Shown: in pieces, positions 28,813 through 39,363 of the stretch
Layout: the number at the start of each line of letters is the position of its first letter
Position numbering within the stretch: the first letter of the stretch is position 1
Origin: Thermoanaerobaculia bacterium
GTDB lineage: Bacteria; Acidobacteriota; Thermoanaerobaculia; Multivoradales; Multivoraceae
DNA: 64,000 nucleotides
Reading direction: 5' to 3'
Assembly: GCA_963666565.1 (NCBI GenBank)
Contig: OY762911.1
Location: 3,200,001-3,264,000 of the forward strand
Program-made: the position numbers and the translations under genes
The notes under the pieces: generated by a model
Database searches by the model: none
What the model was told of the DNA's origin: nothing
What the model saw: the letters and a program-made list of their open reading frames with translations, nothing else

Positions 28813-29688
28813 ATGAACGTCCTCGAAGGCCTCCCCCGGCCCCGCCGCGGCAAGGTCCGGGACATCTACGACCTCGGCGACCGGCTGCTGCTGGTGGCCA
28901 GCGACCGGGTCTCCGCCTACGACTTCGTCCTCTCGCCGGAGATTCCCGGCAAGGGCAAGGTGCTGAACCAGTTGACCAACTTCTGGTTCGAGCGGCTCGG
29001 CGACGTCATCCCGAATCACCTGCTGGAGACGGACGTGCGCGGCTTCCCCGCCGAGCTCCAGCCGCACGCCGGCTACCTCGACGGGCGCTCCGTCCTGGTG
29101 CGGAAGGCGGAGGTCGTCCCCTTCGAGTGCGTGGCGCGCGGATACCTCGCGGGCAGCGCCTTCCGCGAGTACGAGGAGACCGGGCGCGCCTGCGGCCACG
29201 ACCTGCCGGCCGGGATGCGGCGGGCCGAGAAACTCGAGCGGGCGATCTTCACCCCGGCGACGAAGGCCGAGGAAGGCCACGACGAGAACATCGACTACGA
29301 GACCCTGGTCGAAGGCGTCGGCGAGGAACTGGCGGCGACCCTCCGCCGCGTGACCCTCGAGCTCTACGAGCGGGGGCGGGAACTCGCCGCCGGCCGCGGC
29401 GTGATCCTGGCCGACACGAAGTTCGAGTTCGGGCACGTCGAGGGCCGGCTCGTCCTGATCGACGAGGTGCTGACCCCCGACTCGTCCCGCTACTGGGACG
29501 CGGGCCAGTGGCGCCCCGGCACCGAGCCCGTCTCCTACGACAAGCAGCCCGTCCGCGACTGGGTCGCCGGCACCGGCTGGGACAAGGCCTCGCCGCCCCC
29601 CGAACTGACGCCCGACGTCGTCGCCGAAACGAGCGCACGCTACGTCGACGCCTTCCGGCGCGTCACCGGCCGCGACCCGGTCCTGTAG
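28813..29688 (+). CDS. purC: SAICAR synthetase
   Basis: GKVRDIY, SDRVSAYD, ECVARGYLAGS, ADTKFEFG and DEVLTPDSSRYW motifs. Confidence 0.97.
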   Translation: MNVLEGLPRPRRGKVRDIYDLGDRLLLVASDRVSAYDFVLSPEIPGKGKVLNQLTNFWFERLGDVIPNHLLETDVRGFPAELQPHAGYLDGRSVLVRKAEVVPFECVARGYLAGSAFREYEETGRACGHDLPAGMRRAEKLERAIFTPATKAEEGHDENIDYETLVEGVGEELAATLRRVTLELYERGRELAAGRGVILADTKFEFGHVEGRLVLIDEVLTPDSSRYWDAGQWRPGTEPVSYDKQPVRDWVAGTGWDKASPPPELTPDVVAETSARYVDAFRRVTGRDPVL

Positions 29689-29913
29689 CCGTCAGTACGT
29701 CGCCCGCCGGGTGCGCGCGTCCGCCATCCGTGCGAGCGTCGGTCGGGCGCACGGACCGGTTCACGGGCGGCGCGAAACGCGCCACCCGGGTGCCTGACCC
29801 GCTGCCGCCGAAGCCGGCCAGAGAGAACGCGCCGCGCAGCGGCGGCCTTGCCGGCGCGGCAGGCGGAGTTCCCCCTCAGCTACGTTGAGAAGCGATCTCG
29901 TTAGCATTGAGTC

Positions 29914-31074
29914 ATGACAGAACCGGCGAGCGAATCGCACTCGGCCAGCATCCGCACGCCGGAACGCCTCGACCGGGCGCTCACCGTCACCACGCCCAAG
30001 ACGTGGATCATGCTGGCGGCGCTGATCGCGGGGCTGGCGATCGTCGTCGCCTGGTCGATCCTCGGCGAGGTGGCGACCTAGGTCCGCGCGGACGGCATCT
30101 TCCTCAGCAGCGACGGCCAGGTCCTGGACATCGTCGCGACCTCCGGCGGCACGCTGAACCGGATCGTCCCCGAGGTCGGCGACATGCTTGCCGTCGGCGA
30201 CCTGGTGGCGGAGACCTTCGACGCCGGAGAGATGGAGCAGCGGCGCGGCGCCGCGGCCGCCGTCGAGGAGCGGCTGAAGGTCCTGCGCGAGCGGGAAGCC
30301 GCGGCCTGGGCCGAGAACGAGCTGTTCGAGCAGAACCTGAGGGAGCAGCGGGAGCGGCTCGGCAGGATGGTCGACGCGGGCAACGAGCTTCTGGCGAACG
30401 CCCGGGCGCGCCTGGAGGGCACCGAGCAACTCGCGGCCGAGGGCGAGTTCGCTCCCAACCTGAAGGGCGCCGGGCGCCGGCGCGTGCCGCCGGTGCTGCA
30501 GATGGAGTCGGTCGAGTGCGGCGCGGCCTGCCTCGGGATGATCCTCACCCACGGCGCGCTGATCTGGCTTCAGCGAACCCTGCTGGCCCGCATGGCGACC
30601 AAGCTCGCGATGGTCGCGTCGGTGCGGTTCGTCTGGCACGTCGTCAGCCTGCCGATGCAGTTCTTCAGCCAACGCAGCCTGGGCGACATCGCGTCCCGCA
30701 TCGCGTCGAACGACACGGTCGCGAGGCTGCTCTCGGACGGCCTGGCCGTCAACCTGCTCCGGGCGGCCGTCTACGGCGTCGCGATGTTCGCCTACGACGT
30801 CCCGCTGTCGCTGGCGGTGACCGCCTTCGTCGCCGTCAACCTGGTCGTCATGCGGCTCACCGCCCGGTACCGCGACATCGCGAACCGCAACGTGGTGAAG
30901 GACCACGGGCGCCTGGCCGGCGCGTCGGTCGCCGGCATCGACATGATCGAGACGCTCAAGGGCACCGGCGCCGAAGACGACTTCCTGGCGCGCCGGGCCG
31001 GCATCCAGGCGAACCTGCTGGGCGGCCAGCACCGGGTCGGCACCGTCGAGAGAGCGACGAGGACACGGAGGTGA
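29914..31074 (+). pseudogene. Chimeric remnant: NHLM bacteriocin secretion (HlyD-like) N-terminus fused in-frame to deleted C39-peptidase ABC transporter fragments
   Basis: TPERLDRALTVTTPKTW + TM, with an in-frame TAG at 30079-30081. Then PPVLQMESVECGAACL joined directly to an ABC membrane segment (FFSQRSLGDIASR, IETLKGTGAEDDF). Confidence 0.8.
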
Positions 31075-32473
31075 CGGCCGTCTACACGCCGACCGCGCTG
31101 CTGACGGACCGGCTCTGGCATGCGTTCGACCGCTTCGGCACGCTCGTGCTGAAGCTGGCGGCCGCAGCCGACGTCCGGGACGGCGAGGCGCTCGCCGAGC
31201 GGCGGCGCGCGCAGGCCGCTGGCGGCGGTGTTCTACGCGCCCCTGCCGGAGGTCGTCAAGGGCGTCGCGCAGCTCGCGCGCTTCGCCCTGCACGGCAGGT
31301 GGGCGGACGGCCGTGCCGCCGTCGCGAGCACGGTCCTCGGCGGGCTCGCCGCGATGGTCGCGCCGATCCTCACCGGGCAGTTCCTGACCGAGATCGTCCC
31401 GCGCGGCGAGGCGTCGGCCTGGCTGGCCGCGATCGGCGCGCTGGTCGCCGTCGCGCTCGGCAGCGGCGTCTTCCAGATCGTGCGCGGCCTGGCGATGCTG
31501 CGCATCCAGAGCCGGTTCGACCAGCGCGCGGCCGCTGCGGTCTGGGGCCGGCTGATGACGCTGCCGACCCGGTTCTTCCGGAACTACAGCGCCGGCGACC
31601 TGGCGCTCCGGGCCGGCGGCACGAACACGATCCGCCGGGCGCTCACCAGCGCCGGCGCCTCGGCTGCCACGGGCCTGGCCTCCACCGTGTTCAGCCTCGT
31701 GCTGCTCTTCTACCTCAGTTGGCCGATGGCGCTGCTGGTGACGTTCCTGCTGACCCTCCAGTCGGCGACGATGTGGCTGCTCACGCTCGGCAGGCTGCGC
31801 CACGAGCGCCGGAGCCAGCGCCTGGCGGGCGAACTGAACGGCTTCGTCCTCCAGGTGCTGCGCGGCCTCGCCAAGCTGCGCGTGGCTAACGCCGAGAACC
31901 AACTGCTGGACCGCTGGGCGCGCCAGTACGGCGAGTGGAGGCGGGAGAAGCTGGCCGGCGCGGACTGGACGGCGGCTGGCGAGGCCTTCATGGCGGCGGC
32001 GCAGCCGCTGACGCTGGTCGCGATCTTCGGCAGCGTCGTCTTCCTCGACGGGCACAACGTGGCGAGCCTGGACATGCACTCGGTGCGCGGCCGCGATCGA
32101 GGACGACATCCGGGCGATGCCGAAGGGCATGCACACGCGGCTCCCGGAAGGCGGCGCCGGTCTCTCGGTGGGCCAGAAGCAGCGCCTGCTCATCGCCCGG
32201 GCGCTGGCGCTCAAGCCGCGCGTGCTGCTCTTCGACGAGGCGACCAGCGCCCTGGACAACGGTTCCCAGGACGTCGTCCAGGAGTCGCTGAAGGACCTGG
32301 GCGTTACCCGGCTGGTCATCGCCCACCGCCTGAGTTCGATTCGCAACGTCGACCGCATCCACGTGCTCCAGGACGGCCGCGTCGTCGAGACCGGCGGCCA
32401 CGACGACCTGATGCGCCAGGACGGCGTCTTCGCGACGCTGGCCAGGCGGCAGTTGGTTCAGACGTCCGCCTGA
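31071..32473 (+). pseudogene. Deleted and frameshifted NHLM bacteriocin system ABC transporter (ATP-binding subunit)
   Basis: FYAPLP, FFRNYSAGDLA, GLAKLRVANAE and FLDGHNVASLD, then in another frame MPKGMHT...LSVGQKQR...FDEATSALD. Walker A is missing. Confidence 0.8.
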
Positions 32474-33672
32474 GGGCTCCCGCCGGTGCGCGGCAGGCGG
32501 CGGTTCAGGCCGCACCAGACCTCGTACGGCGCGACGCCGGCCCGCGCGGCCAGTTCGCCGACGTCGATCCGATCGCTCCCCTGTGAGCCGAGCAGAACGC
32601 ACTCGTCTCCCACCGCGACTCCGGGAACGCCGGTGACGTCGACGGTCAGCGAGTCCATGCTGATCCGGCCCGCGATCGGGCAACGCATCCCGCGGACCAG
32701 GACGTCGCCGCCGCCGAAGCCGGTGCTGAATCCGTCGCCGTAGCCGACCGGCACCAGGCCGATCGTCGCCTCAACCGGCGCCCGCCAGGTCCGACCGTAG
32801 CCGACCCCGGCGCCGGCCGGCACGCGGCGCAGGTCGACGATCGGCGCCCGGACGCTCATGACCGGCCGCAGTTCTACCGCCGGCGGCGTGCCGGCAGCGG
32901 CTAGCGTCGCGAGGTCGAGGCCATAGAGAGTGCCGCCGACCCGCACCGCACTCCATCGGTTTGACGTACGCCGCAGTGCGGCCGAAGAGTTCGCGAGGTG
33001 AGTGCTGACGGACCGCCGCTCCCTGGCGTCGAGAAGCTCCGCGGCGGCGGCAAAGCGGCGCTCCTGCTCGCCGGTGAAGGAACTTGCCGCGAAGTCGGAC
33101 TCGGCCAGGTGGGACATCAGCCCCGTCAGCCGGAGTTCCGGCGCGGCCCGCAGTTCCTCAAGCGCCGCCGGCCAGTCGCCCAGGTTCAGGCCCGACCGGC
33201 TCATGCCGGTGTCCAGTTCCACCACGACGTCCAGCGGCGGGCTTCTCCGGTCCGCGGCCGTGCCGCCCGCGACGCCCGGGCGGCGCCGGAGCGGAAGCCC
33301 CGGCCCCGGGAGTTTTCGCAGCCAAGCGACCCAGGCCGCGATCTGGCCCCGCCGGCAGAGTACCGGCGTCGCCTCCAGGCGGACGACCGACCTCAGATCC
33401 TCGAACGAGTCCACACCGCCGAACAGCAGCAGCGGGCCGACGCAGCCCGCCGCCCGAAGCTCCTCGACTTCGCGGATACGCGCCACCGCCAAGCCGTCGA
33501 TGCCGAGCCGCTCGAGTTCCAGGCCCACCGGGACCGCGCCGTGCCCGTAGGCGTCCGCCTTGACAACGCCGCAGACGGCCGCCCCGCCCACCGCCTCCCG
33601 CACCGCGCGCAGGTTGACGGCCAGCGCGCCGAGGTCGATCTCGACCCGCGCGACCGGGCCGATGGAGCTCAG
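32458..33672 (-). CDS. alr: Alanine racemase
   Basis: VVKADAYGHG, DTGMSR, MSHLA, VGYG and GRISMD motifs. Start probably CTG at 33672. Confidence 0.93.
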   Translation of the reverse strand: MSSIGPVARVEIDLGALAVNLRAVREAVGGAAVCGVVKADAYGHGAVPVGLELERLGIDGLAVARIREVEELRAAGCVGPLLLFGGVDSFEDLRSVVRLEATPVLCRRGQIAAWVAWLRKLPGPGLPLRRRPGVAGGTAADRRSPPLDVVVELDTGMSRSGLNLGDWPAALEELRAAPELRLTGLMSHLAESDFAASSFTGEQERRFAAAAELLDARERRSVSTHLANSSAALRRTSNRWSAVRVGGTLYGLDLATLAAAGTPPAVELRPVMSVRAPIVDLRRVPAGAGVGYGRTWRAPVEATIGLVPVGYGDGFSTGFGGGDVLVRGMRCPIAGRISMDSLTVDVTGVPGVAVGDECVLLGSQGSDRIDVGELAARAGVAPYEVWCGLNRRLPRTGGSPQADV

Positions 33673-35030
33673 TTCAGCCCCTCCGGCGCCTCGTGGTAGC
33701 CGTCGTAGTTGCGGAACGTCGTCGTGTCGCCGAGAAAAACGAGCCGCACGGAGCCGGTCTCGCCGTTCCGGTGCTTGGCGACGATCAGGTCGGCCAGGCC
33801 CTCCACGTCTGGATCCTCCGGCTCGTAGACCTCCTCCCGGTAGACGAACATGACGATGTCGGCGTCCTGCTCGATGTTCCCGGACTCCCGGAGGTCGGCA
33901 AGCTGCGGGCGGTGGTCCTTGCCCCGGCGCTCCGGCAGCCGCGACAACTGCGACAGGGCCACCACCGGCACCTCCAGTTCCTTGGCCAACTGCTTCAGGC
34001 CCCGGGTGATGGCGCCGATCTCCAGGTTCCGGTTCTCGTAGCGCCCGCCCGCGTTCATCAACTGGAGATAGTCGACCACCAGCAGCGCGAGACCGCTCTG
34101 CGCCTTCAGGCGCCGGGCCTTCGAGGCCACCTCCAGCAGCGACGGGTTGGCGGAATCGTCGACGAAAAGGGGCGAGTCGCGGCTGCTGTCCACCGCCTCG
34201 TGCAGGCGGCGCCAGTCCCGCGGCGACAACTGGCCGCCGCGCAGCCGGTGGAACGGAATGTCCGTCGTCGAGCACAGCACCCGCATGGCGATCTCGCGCT
34301 CGCTCATTTCCAGGGAGAAGAAGCCCGCGGCCCGGCCCTCCTGCTGGGCGACGTGGGCGGCGATGTTCAGGGCCAGGCTCGTCTTCCCCATCCCCGGCCG
34401 GCCGGCGACGATGACCAGGTTGCCGGGCTGCAGGCCGTGGGTCATCCGGTCCAGGTCGACGAAGCCGGTCCGCAGGCCGGGGAACTCGTTCGCGTTGCGC
34501 CGTTCGAGTTGCTCGATCGTCTCGCGGTAGATCTGGTCGAGCGGCACGAAGGTGCGGGACACCGCCTCCTCGCTCAGCTCCAGGACCTCCTGCTCCGCCC
34601 GCGCCAGGGCGTCCTGGGCCTCCAGGCCGCCGTCGAGCGCCGTCCGGTAGATCGTCGTGCAGGCGTCGATCAGGCGCCGCCGCAGGGCCCGTTCCTTGAT
34701 GATCTCGACGTAGCTGTCGACCCGGCCCAGGTCCGGCAGGTCCACCTCGAGGGTGGCGAGATAGGCCACGCCGCCAGCGGACTCGAACTCGCCCCGTTGC
34801 TCCAGGCGCGCCTGCACCGTGCGCAGGTCGATGGGACTCTCCGACTCCTGGAGCGCCAGCATCGCCTCGTAGAGCAGCCGGTGCCGCTCGAAGTAGTAGT
34901 CGGTCGGGTTCAGCCGGATCGAGGTGGCGGCCAGGTGCCGTTCCGAGTCGAGCAGGATCGCGGCCAGCACGGCGCGCTCGGACTCTTCGCTGTGGGGCAG
35001 GCTGTGAGTCTCTTCGACTGGCGCGCGCAC
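33669..35030 (-). CDS. dnaB: Replicative DNA helicase
   Basis: AGRPGMGKT, FFSLEM, VDYLQLM, LSQLSR and DLRESGNIEQDAD motifs. Confidence 0.97.
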   Translation of the reverse strand: MRAPVEETHSLPHSEESERAVLAAILLDSERHLAATSIRLNPTDYYFERHRLLYEAMLALQESESPIDLRTVQARLEQRGEFESAGGVAYLATLEVDLPDLGRVDSYVEIIKERALRRRLIDACTTIYRTALDGGLEAQDALARAEQEVLELSEEAVSRTFVPLDQIYRETIEQLERRNANEFPGLRTGFVDLDRMTHGLQPGNLVIVAGRPGMGKTSLALNIAAHVAQQEGRAAGFFSLEMSEREIAMRVLCSTTDIPFHRLRGGQLSPRDWRRLHEAVDSSRDSPLFVDDSANPSLLEVASKARRLKAQSGLALLVVDYLQLMNAGGRYENRNLEIGAITRGLKQLAKELEVPVVALSQLSRLPERRGKDHRPQLADLRESGNIEQDADIVMFVYREEVYEPEDPDVEGLADLIVAKHRNGETGSVRLVFLGDTTTFRNYDGYHEAPEGLN

Positions 35031-35168
35031 GTCTTCCTCCGAGGGGCTGGCCTAGCCTAGCCTTCGGCAGGTGCCGCCGGACACGCGGCTGCGGATCTTG
35101 CGGAGGCCCGTGCGAAGATCGAGCGGCGCCGCACCGGACCGAACCTGTGCCAGCCGCGCCTGAAGTCC

Positions 35169-36266
35169 ATGGACCGACGAACTCCGTTCGCGCCGCCCGC
35201 CTGGCTGGCGACGGCCTGCCTGGTCCTGTTGCTCGGCGCTCCGGCCGCAGCTCAGCCGCCCGAGGGCGAGGCGACCTCCGTGCCGGCCACCGAAGCGAAC
35301 GAAGCAGAGGCGGCCGAGGAACCCCACCCCTGCGCCTCCGAGTACCTGGAGGGCCGCTCCTGGATCGACTGGCTCAACCGGGGCCTCCACCGCACCGCCT
35401 GCGAAACCGCCCTCTGGTTCGACCACCTGTTCGGCGACTACCGTCTGGACGACGAACTGGAAGCGACTCACGGGCGCGCCATGTTCGGAGTCGTCTGGGA
35501 CGAGCAGGACGGCTTCGAGGACGATCTCCGGCTCCGCGCCCGCCTGCACTTCCCGATCGCGGAGCGGCGCTTCAACGCGTTCATCGGCCGCGACGACCGC
35601 GAGGACGTGCTGGAGGACGCCCAGCGCCGCGAGGCGGCCCCCCTGCCCCGGATGTTCGACCCGGAAGAAGACGAGTGGCTGGTGGGGCTCGGCTACCGGC
35701 CGATCTCGGGCGGCGCCGGCGACCTCGACTTCGATCTCGGCATCAACTTCAAGTTCCCCATGGAGCCGTGGGTCCGCGCCCGCTACAGGCACCGCACCTT
35801 CCTCTCGGAAACCAACCTGGTCCGGTTCCGGCACACGCTGTTCTGGGAACGGGAGGACGGCTGGGGCCTGGCGACCCGGATCGACTACGAGCACGCCTTC
35901 GCCGGCGGCGCGATGCTGCGTTGGCGCGGCGCCGGCAAGGTCTCGGACCTCACGCGGGGAACCGACTGGTTCACCGAGCTGAGCTACTACCACCGCCTGG
36001 GCCGCCGGCGCGCGCTTGCCCACCAGGTCGGCGCGAACGGCGAGACCGGCGCGCCGGTACTGGTCGAGAACTGGTTCGTGCGGTTCGTCTACCGCCAGCA
36101 AATCCTCCGGGAGTGGCTCTTCCTCGAGATCGGGCCCGGCATGGCCTGGCGCCGCGAGGAACCTGGCGAACCGAGGGACTCCGTGCCCATCCTCCGGTTC
36201 GGCGTCGAGATGCTGTTCGGCGACTACCGGGGCCAGGGCACCGCGGCGCCGGTGCCGGGCCGCTAG
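35169..36266 (+). CDS. Exported hypothetical protein, probable outer-membrane beta-barrel
   Basis: Signal peptide, alternating aromatic/hydrophobic strands, C-terminal FGVEMLF. Confidence 0.65.
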   Translation: MDRRTPFAPPAWLATACLVLLLGAPAAAQPPEGEATSVPATEANEAEAAEEPHPCASEYLEGRSWIDWLNRGLHRTACETALWFDHLFGDYRLDDELEATHGRAMFGVVWDEQDGFEDDLRLRARLHFPIAERRFNAFIGRDDREDVLEDAQRREAAPLPRMFDPEEDEWLVGLGYRPISGGAGDLDFDLGINFKFPMEPWVRARYRHRTFLSETNLVRFRHTLFWEREDGWGLATRIDYEHAFAGGAMLRWRGAGKVSDLTRGTDWFTELSYYHRLGRRRALAHQVGANGETGAPVLVENWFVRFVYRQQILREWLFLEIGPGMAWRREEPGEPRDSVPILRFGVEMLFGDYRGQGTAAPVPGR

Positions 36267-36301
36267 CGGCGCGGGCGGCGTCGGCGGCTGCCGCCCGTCT
36301 T

Positions 36302-36461
36302 GGGGCGGGAGGGGTCGGCGCCCAGGTGACGCGCGCGCTCGAGAGGAGATTGGAGGGGTTGCGCTTGCTCCGCTTCACTCGCTTCGGGCGGGCGTCGGTT
36401 GCCGGGAGGGCGCCGGCCGTCGCTCGTTCAGAGGCACCTGGACTCCGACCCCTCCCGCCCC
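36302..36461. repeat. REPIN/MITE-like element bounded by 27-bp inverted repeats (family B)
   Basis: 36302-36328 is the reverse complement of 36435-36461 at 25/27 positions. Confidence 0.65.
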
Positions 36462-36548
36462 GACTGGGCTGGACGGCGGTGCCGGGAGTCGGAGCGCCGT
36501 CGTCAGGCTAGAGTCCGGCCTCGAAACCGACGAGCGAGGATCACGGGA

Positions 36549-37334
36549 ATGAGCAGCACGACCACCCCCAGCGGCGAAGTGACGGTCACGGTCGGCGACG
36601 ACCTGGTCGCCGAGATCGAGATCCACCGGCCGCCGAACAACTTCTTCGACCTCGATCTGATCGGCGAACTGGCGACGGCGATCGGCGAGCTGGACGAACG
36701 GGACGACTGCCGTGCGGCCGTTCTCTGCTCGGAGGGCAAGCACTTCTGCGCCGGCGCCAACCTGAACGCGCGGCGGGACGCGACCGGCGCCGGCGGCGAG
36801 CGCCATCTGTACGACGAAGCGGTCCGGCTGTTCGACACGAAGACGCCGATCGTTGCGGCGGTCCAGGGCGCGGCGGTCGGCGGCGGCCTGGGACTGGCGC
36901 TGATGCCGGACTTCCGGGTCGCCTGCCCGGAGGCGCGCTTCTCCGCCAACTTCGCGCGCCTGGGCTTCGTCCAGGGATTCGGGCTGACCGTCACCCTGCC
37001 CCGCCTCGTCGGCCGTCAGCGGGCGATGGAGATGTTCTACACCGGCCGCCGCGTCAAGGGCGAGGAGGCGCTGCGGATCGGCCTCTGCGACGATCTCGTG
37101 CCCCAGAGCGAGGTGCGACCGCGGGCGCGGGAACTGGCCGCGGAGATCGCCACGTCCGCGCCGCTCGCCGTGCGTTCGATCCGCGAGATGATGCGCGGCC
37201 GGCTGGCCGCGGAGATCCGGACCGCCACGGACCACGAGAAGGCCGAGCAGAACCGCCTGCGGCAGACCGCGGACTTCGCGGAGGGCGTGCGGGCGATGAC
37301 GGAGCGGCGGCCGCCGCGCTTCGTCGGCGCCTGA
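36549..37334 (+). CDS. Enoyl-CoA hydratase/isomerase family protein
   Basis: HFCAGANL, AAVQGAAVGGGLGLAL and DFAEGVRAMTERRPPRF motifs. Confidence 0.9.
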   Translation: MSSTTTPSGEVTVTVGDDLVAEIEIHRPPNNFFDLDLIGELATAIGELDERDDCRAAVLCSEGKHFCAGANLNARRDATGAGGERHLYDEAVRLFDTKTPIVAAVQGAAVGGGLGLALMPDFRVACPEARFSANFARLGFVQGFGLTVTLPRLVGRQRAMEMFYTGRRVKGEEALRIGLCDDLVPQSEVRPRARELAAEIATSAPLAVRSIREMMRGRLAAEIRTATDHEKAEQNRLRQTADFAEGVRAMTERRPPRFVGA

Positions 37335-37434
37335 TCGGCGCCGGCCTGACGGCCGGCGCGTTCTTGTGGTCGCCTTCGGCGGCAAGCGGGTCAGAGGACC
37401 CGCGCACCCGGTGTGCGTCCGCCTGGAACCTGGG

Positions 37435-39363
37435 TCAGGCGCCGGCCGCCGACGCGATCAGGAAGGTCAGCCAGGCGCCCAGCCAGGCCAGGCCGTTCAT
37501 GTAGGCGAACGTGAAGGCGGGCCATCGCCAGCCTCCCGTCTCGCGCCGGATGACGGCCAGCGTCGACATGCACTGCATCGCGAAGGCGAAGTACACCAGC
37601 AGGGCGAGCGCCGAGGCCCGGGACAGGAGCGGCGGCGCGCCGCCTTCGCCGCGGCCGGCCAGCAGCACACCGAGCCCTTCGCCGCCCTCTCCCTCGTGGG
37701 CGTAGATCTGGGCCAGGGTGGCGACCATCACCTCGCGCGCGGCCTGCGAGGCGACCAGGCCGACGTTGATCCGCCAGTCGAAGTCCATCGGCGCGAAGAC
37801 GGGTTCCAGCAGCCGCCCGGCGGAGGCCGCGTAGCTCCCCTCGAGGACCATCTGCTGGTTCTCCGCGGCCGAGAGTTGCGGATCGGCCGGCCGCCGGGGC
37901 AGGTTGAGCAGAAACCAGAGGACGACGCTGGCGGCGAGGATGATCGTGCCGGCGCGGCGCAGGAACATCTTCGCCCGGTCCCAGACGCCGAGCGCGATGT
38001 CGCCGGGCCGGGGCAGCCGGTACGGCGGCAGTTCCAGGTAGAACGGCAGCGTCGCGCCTCGCAGCAGGCCGCGCTTGAAGACGGCCGCCGAGAGCAGCGC
38101 CGCGCCGGTGCCCAGGAAGTAGAGGCCGGTCAGCGACAGGCCCTGCCAGGTGAAGGGGCCGAAGGCCGGATCGGCCGGGATGAACGCGGCGATCAGCAGG
38201 ATGTAGACGGGCAGCCGGGCCGAGCAGGTTGCGAACGGCGCGACGAGGATCGTGGTCAGCCGGTCGCGCGGCGACGGGATCGTCCGGGTCGCCATGATGC
38301 CCGGAACGGCGCAGGCGTAGGAAGACAGGAGCGCGATGAAGCAGCGGCCCTCCAGCCCCACCCAGCCCATCGCGCGGTCGACCACGAAGGCGGCGCGCGC
38401 CATGTAGCCGCACGCCTCCAGGAACAGGATGACCGTGAACAGCAGCACGATCTGCGGCAGGAAGACGATCACCGCGCCGACGCCCCGGATCACGCCGTCC
38501 GCGACGAGGCGGGTCAGAGCCGTATCGGGCAGCGTCGCCAGGACCCGGTCGGCGAGCCCGTCCATCAGCCCCGAGAGGAGGTCCATGGCGGGCGTGGCCC
38601 AGGTGAAGATGGCCTGGAAGAAGAACGCGACGAACGTCAGGAAAACCGCGGCGCCGACGAACGGATGCAGCAGGAGGCGGTCCAGGCGCCGGGTCCAGCG
38701 ATTCGGTTGCGGCGACCGGCGGCGGCAGGCGCCGAGGACCTCGGCGGCCCAGGCGAAGCGTTCCTCCGGCGTCTTTGCCTCGGCGCCCCGCGCCAGGGCC
38801 GGCTTCGCCGTCCAGTCCCAGGGCTCGCTCAGCAATGCGCCGAGATCGTCGATGCCGATTCCCCGGTTGCCGACGACGCCGAGCACCGGCACGCCGAGCT
38901 GCCGCTGCAGGTCCTCGACGTCGATCTCGCCGCGCCGGGCCTTCAGCTCGTCGATCATCGTCAGGGCGACGGAGACCGGCAGGCCCAGGGCCGCCGCCTC
39001 GGCGAGCAACGGCAGGCCCCGCTCGATCGTCGTCGCGTCGACGACGACGACCACGCCGTCCGGCGGCGGCTCGCCGAAGCCGCCCCGCAGGACGCCCACC
39101 GCGACCGACTCGTCCTCCGACTGGGCTTCCAGGCTGTAGACGCCCGGCAGGTCGATCAGGCGGACCTCGCCGGCGCCGAAACGCTCGCGCAGATCGCCCT
39201 CGCGGCGGTCGACCGTGACGCCGGGGTAGTTCCCGGCCTTGGCCCGGTGGCCCGTGAGGGCATTGAACAGGGTCGTCTTGCCCGAGTTCGGCGCCCCCAG
39301 GATGGCGATGCGCTCCGGCCGGCGTGCCGCCGACGCCGACCCCAGCCGGACCAGCGCCGTCAT
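37435..39363 (-). CDS. feoB: Ferrous iron transporter B
   Basis: GAPNSGKTT, GNYPGVTV, DLPGVYSL, FLPQI, GYMARAAF, CSARLPVY and LELPPYRLP motifs. Confidence 0.96.
   Translation of the reverse strand: MTALVRLGSASAARRPERIAILGAPNSGKTTLFNALTGHRAKAGNYPGVTVDRREGDLRERFGAGEVRLIDLPGVYSLEAQSEDESVAVGVLRGGFGEPPPDGVVVVVDATTIERGLPLLAEAAALGLPVSVALTMIDELKARRGEIDVEDLQRQLGVPVLGVVGNRGIGIDDLGALLSEPWDWTAKPALARGAEAKTPEERFAWAAEVLGACRRRSPQPNRWTRRLDRLLLHPFVGAAVFLTFVAFFFQAIFTWATPAMDLLSGLMDGLADRVLATLPDTALTRLVADGVIRGVGAVIVFLPQIVLLFTVILFLEACGYMARAAFVVDRAMGWVGLEGRCFIALLSSYACAVPGIMATRTIPSPRDRLTTILVAPFATCSARLPVYILLIAAFIPADPAFGPFTWQGLSLTGLYFLGTGAALLSAAVFKRGLLRGATLPFYLELPPYRLPRPGDIALGVWDRAKMFLRRAGTIILAASVVLWFLLNLPRRPADPQLSAAENQQMVLEGSYAASAGRLLEPVFAPMDFDWRINVGLVASQAAREVMVATLAQIYAHEGEGGEGLGVLLAGRGEGGAPPLLSRASALALLVYFAFAMQCMSTLAVIRRETGGWRWPAFTFAYMNGLAWLGAWLTFLIASAAGA

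Noticed and set aside
30079-30081. In-frame TAG as pyrrolysine or stop-codon recoding
   Set aside because: The surrounding locus has multiple deletions and frameshifts, TAG ends many normal genes in the window, and no pyl genes are seen. A simple nonsense mutation is more likely.
35138-35153. TGGCAC on the minus strand upstream of dnaB as a sigma-54 promoter
   Set aside because: There is no GC at the -12 position.
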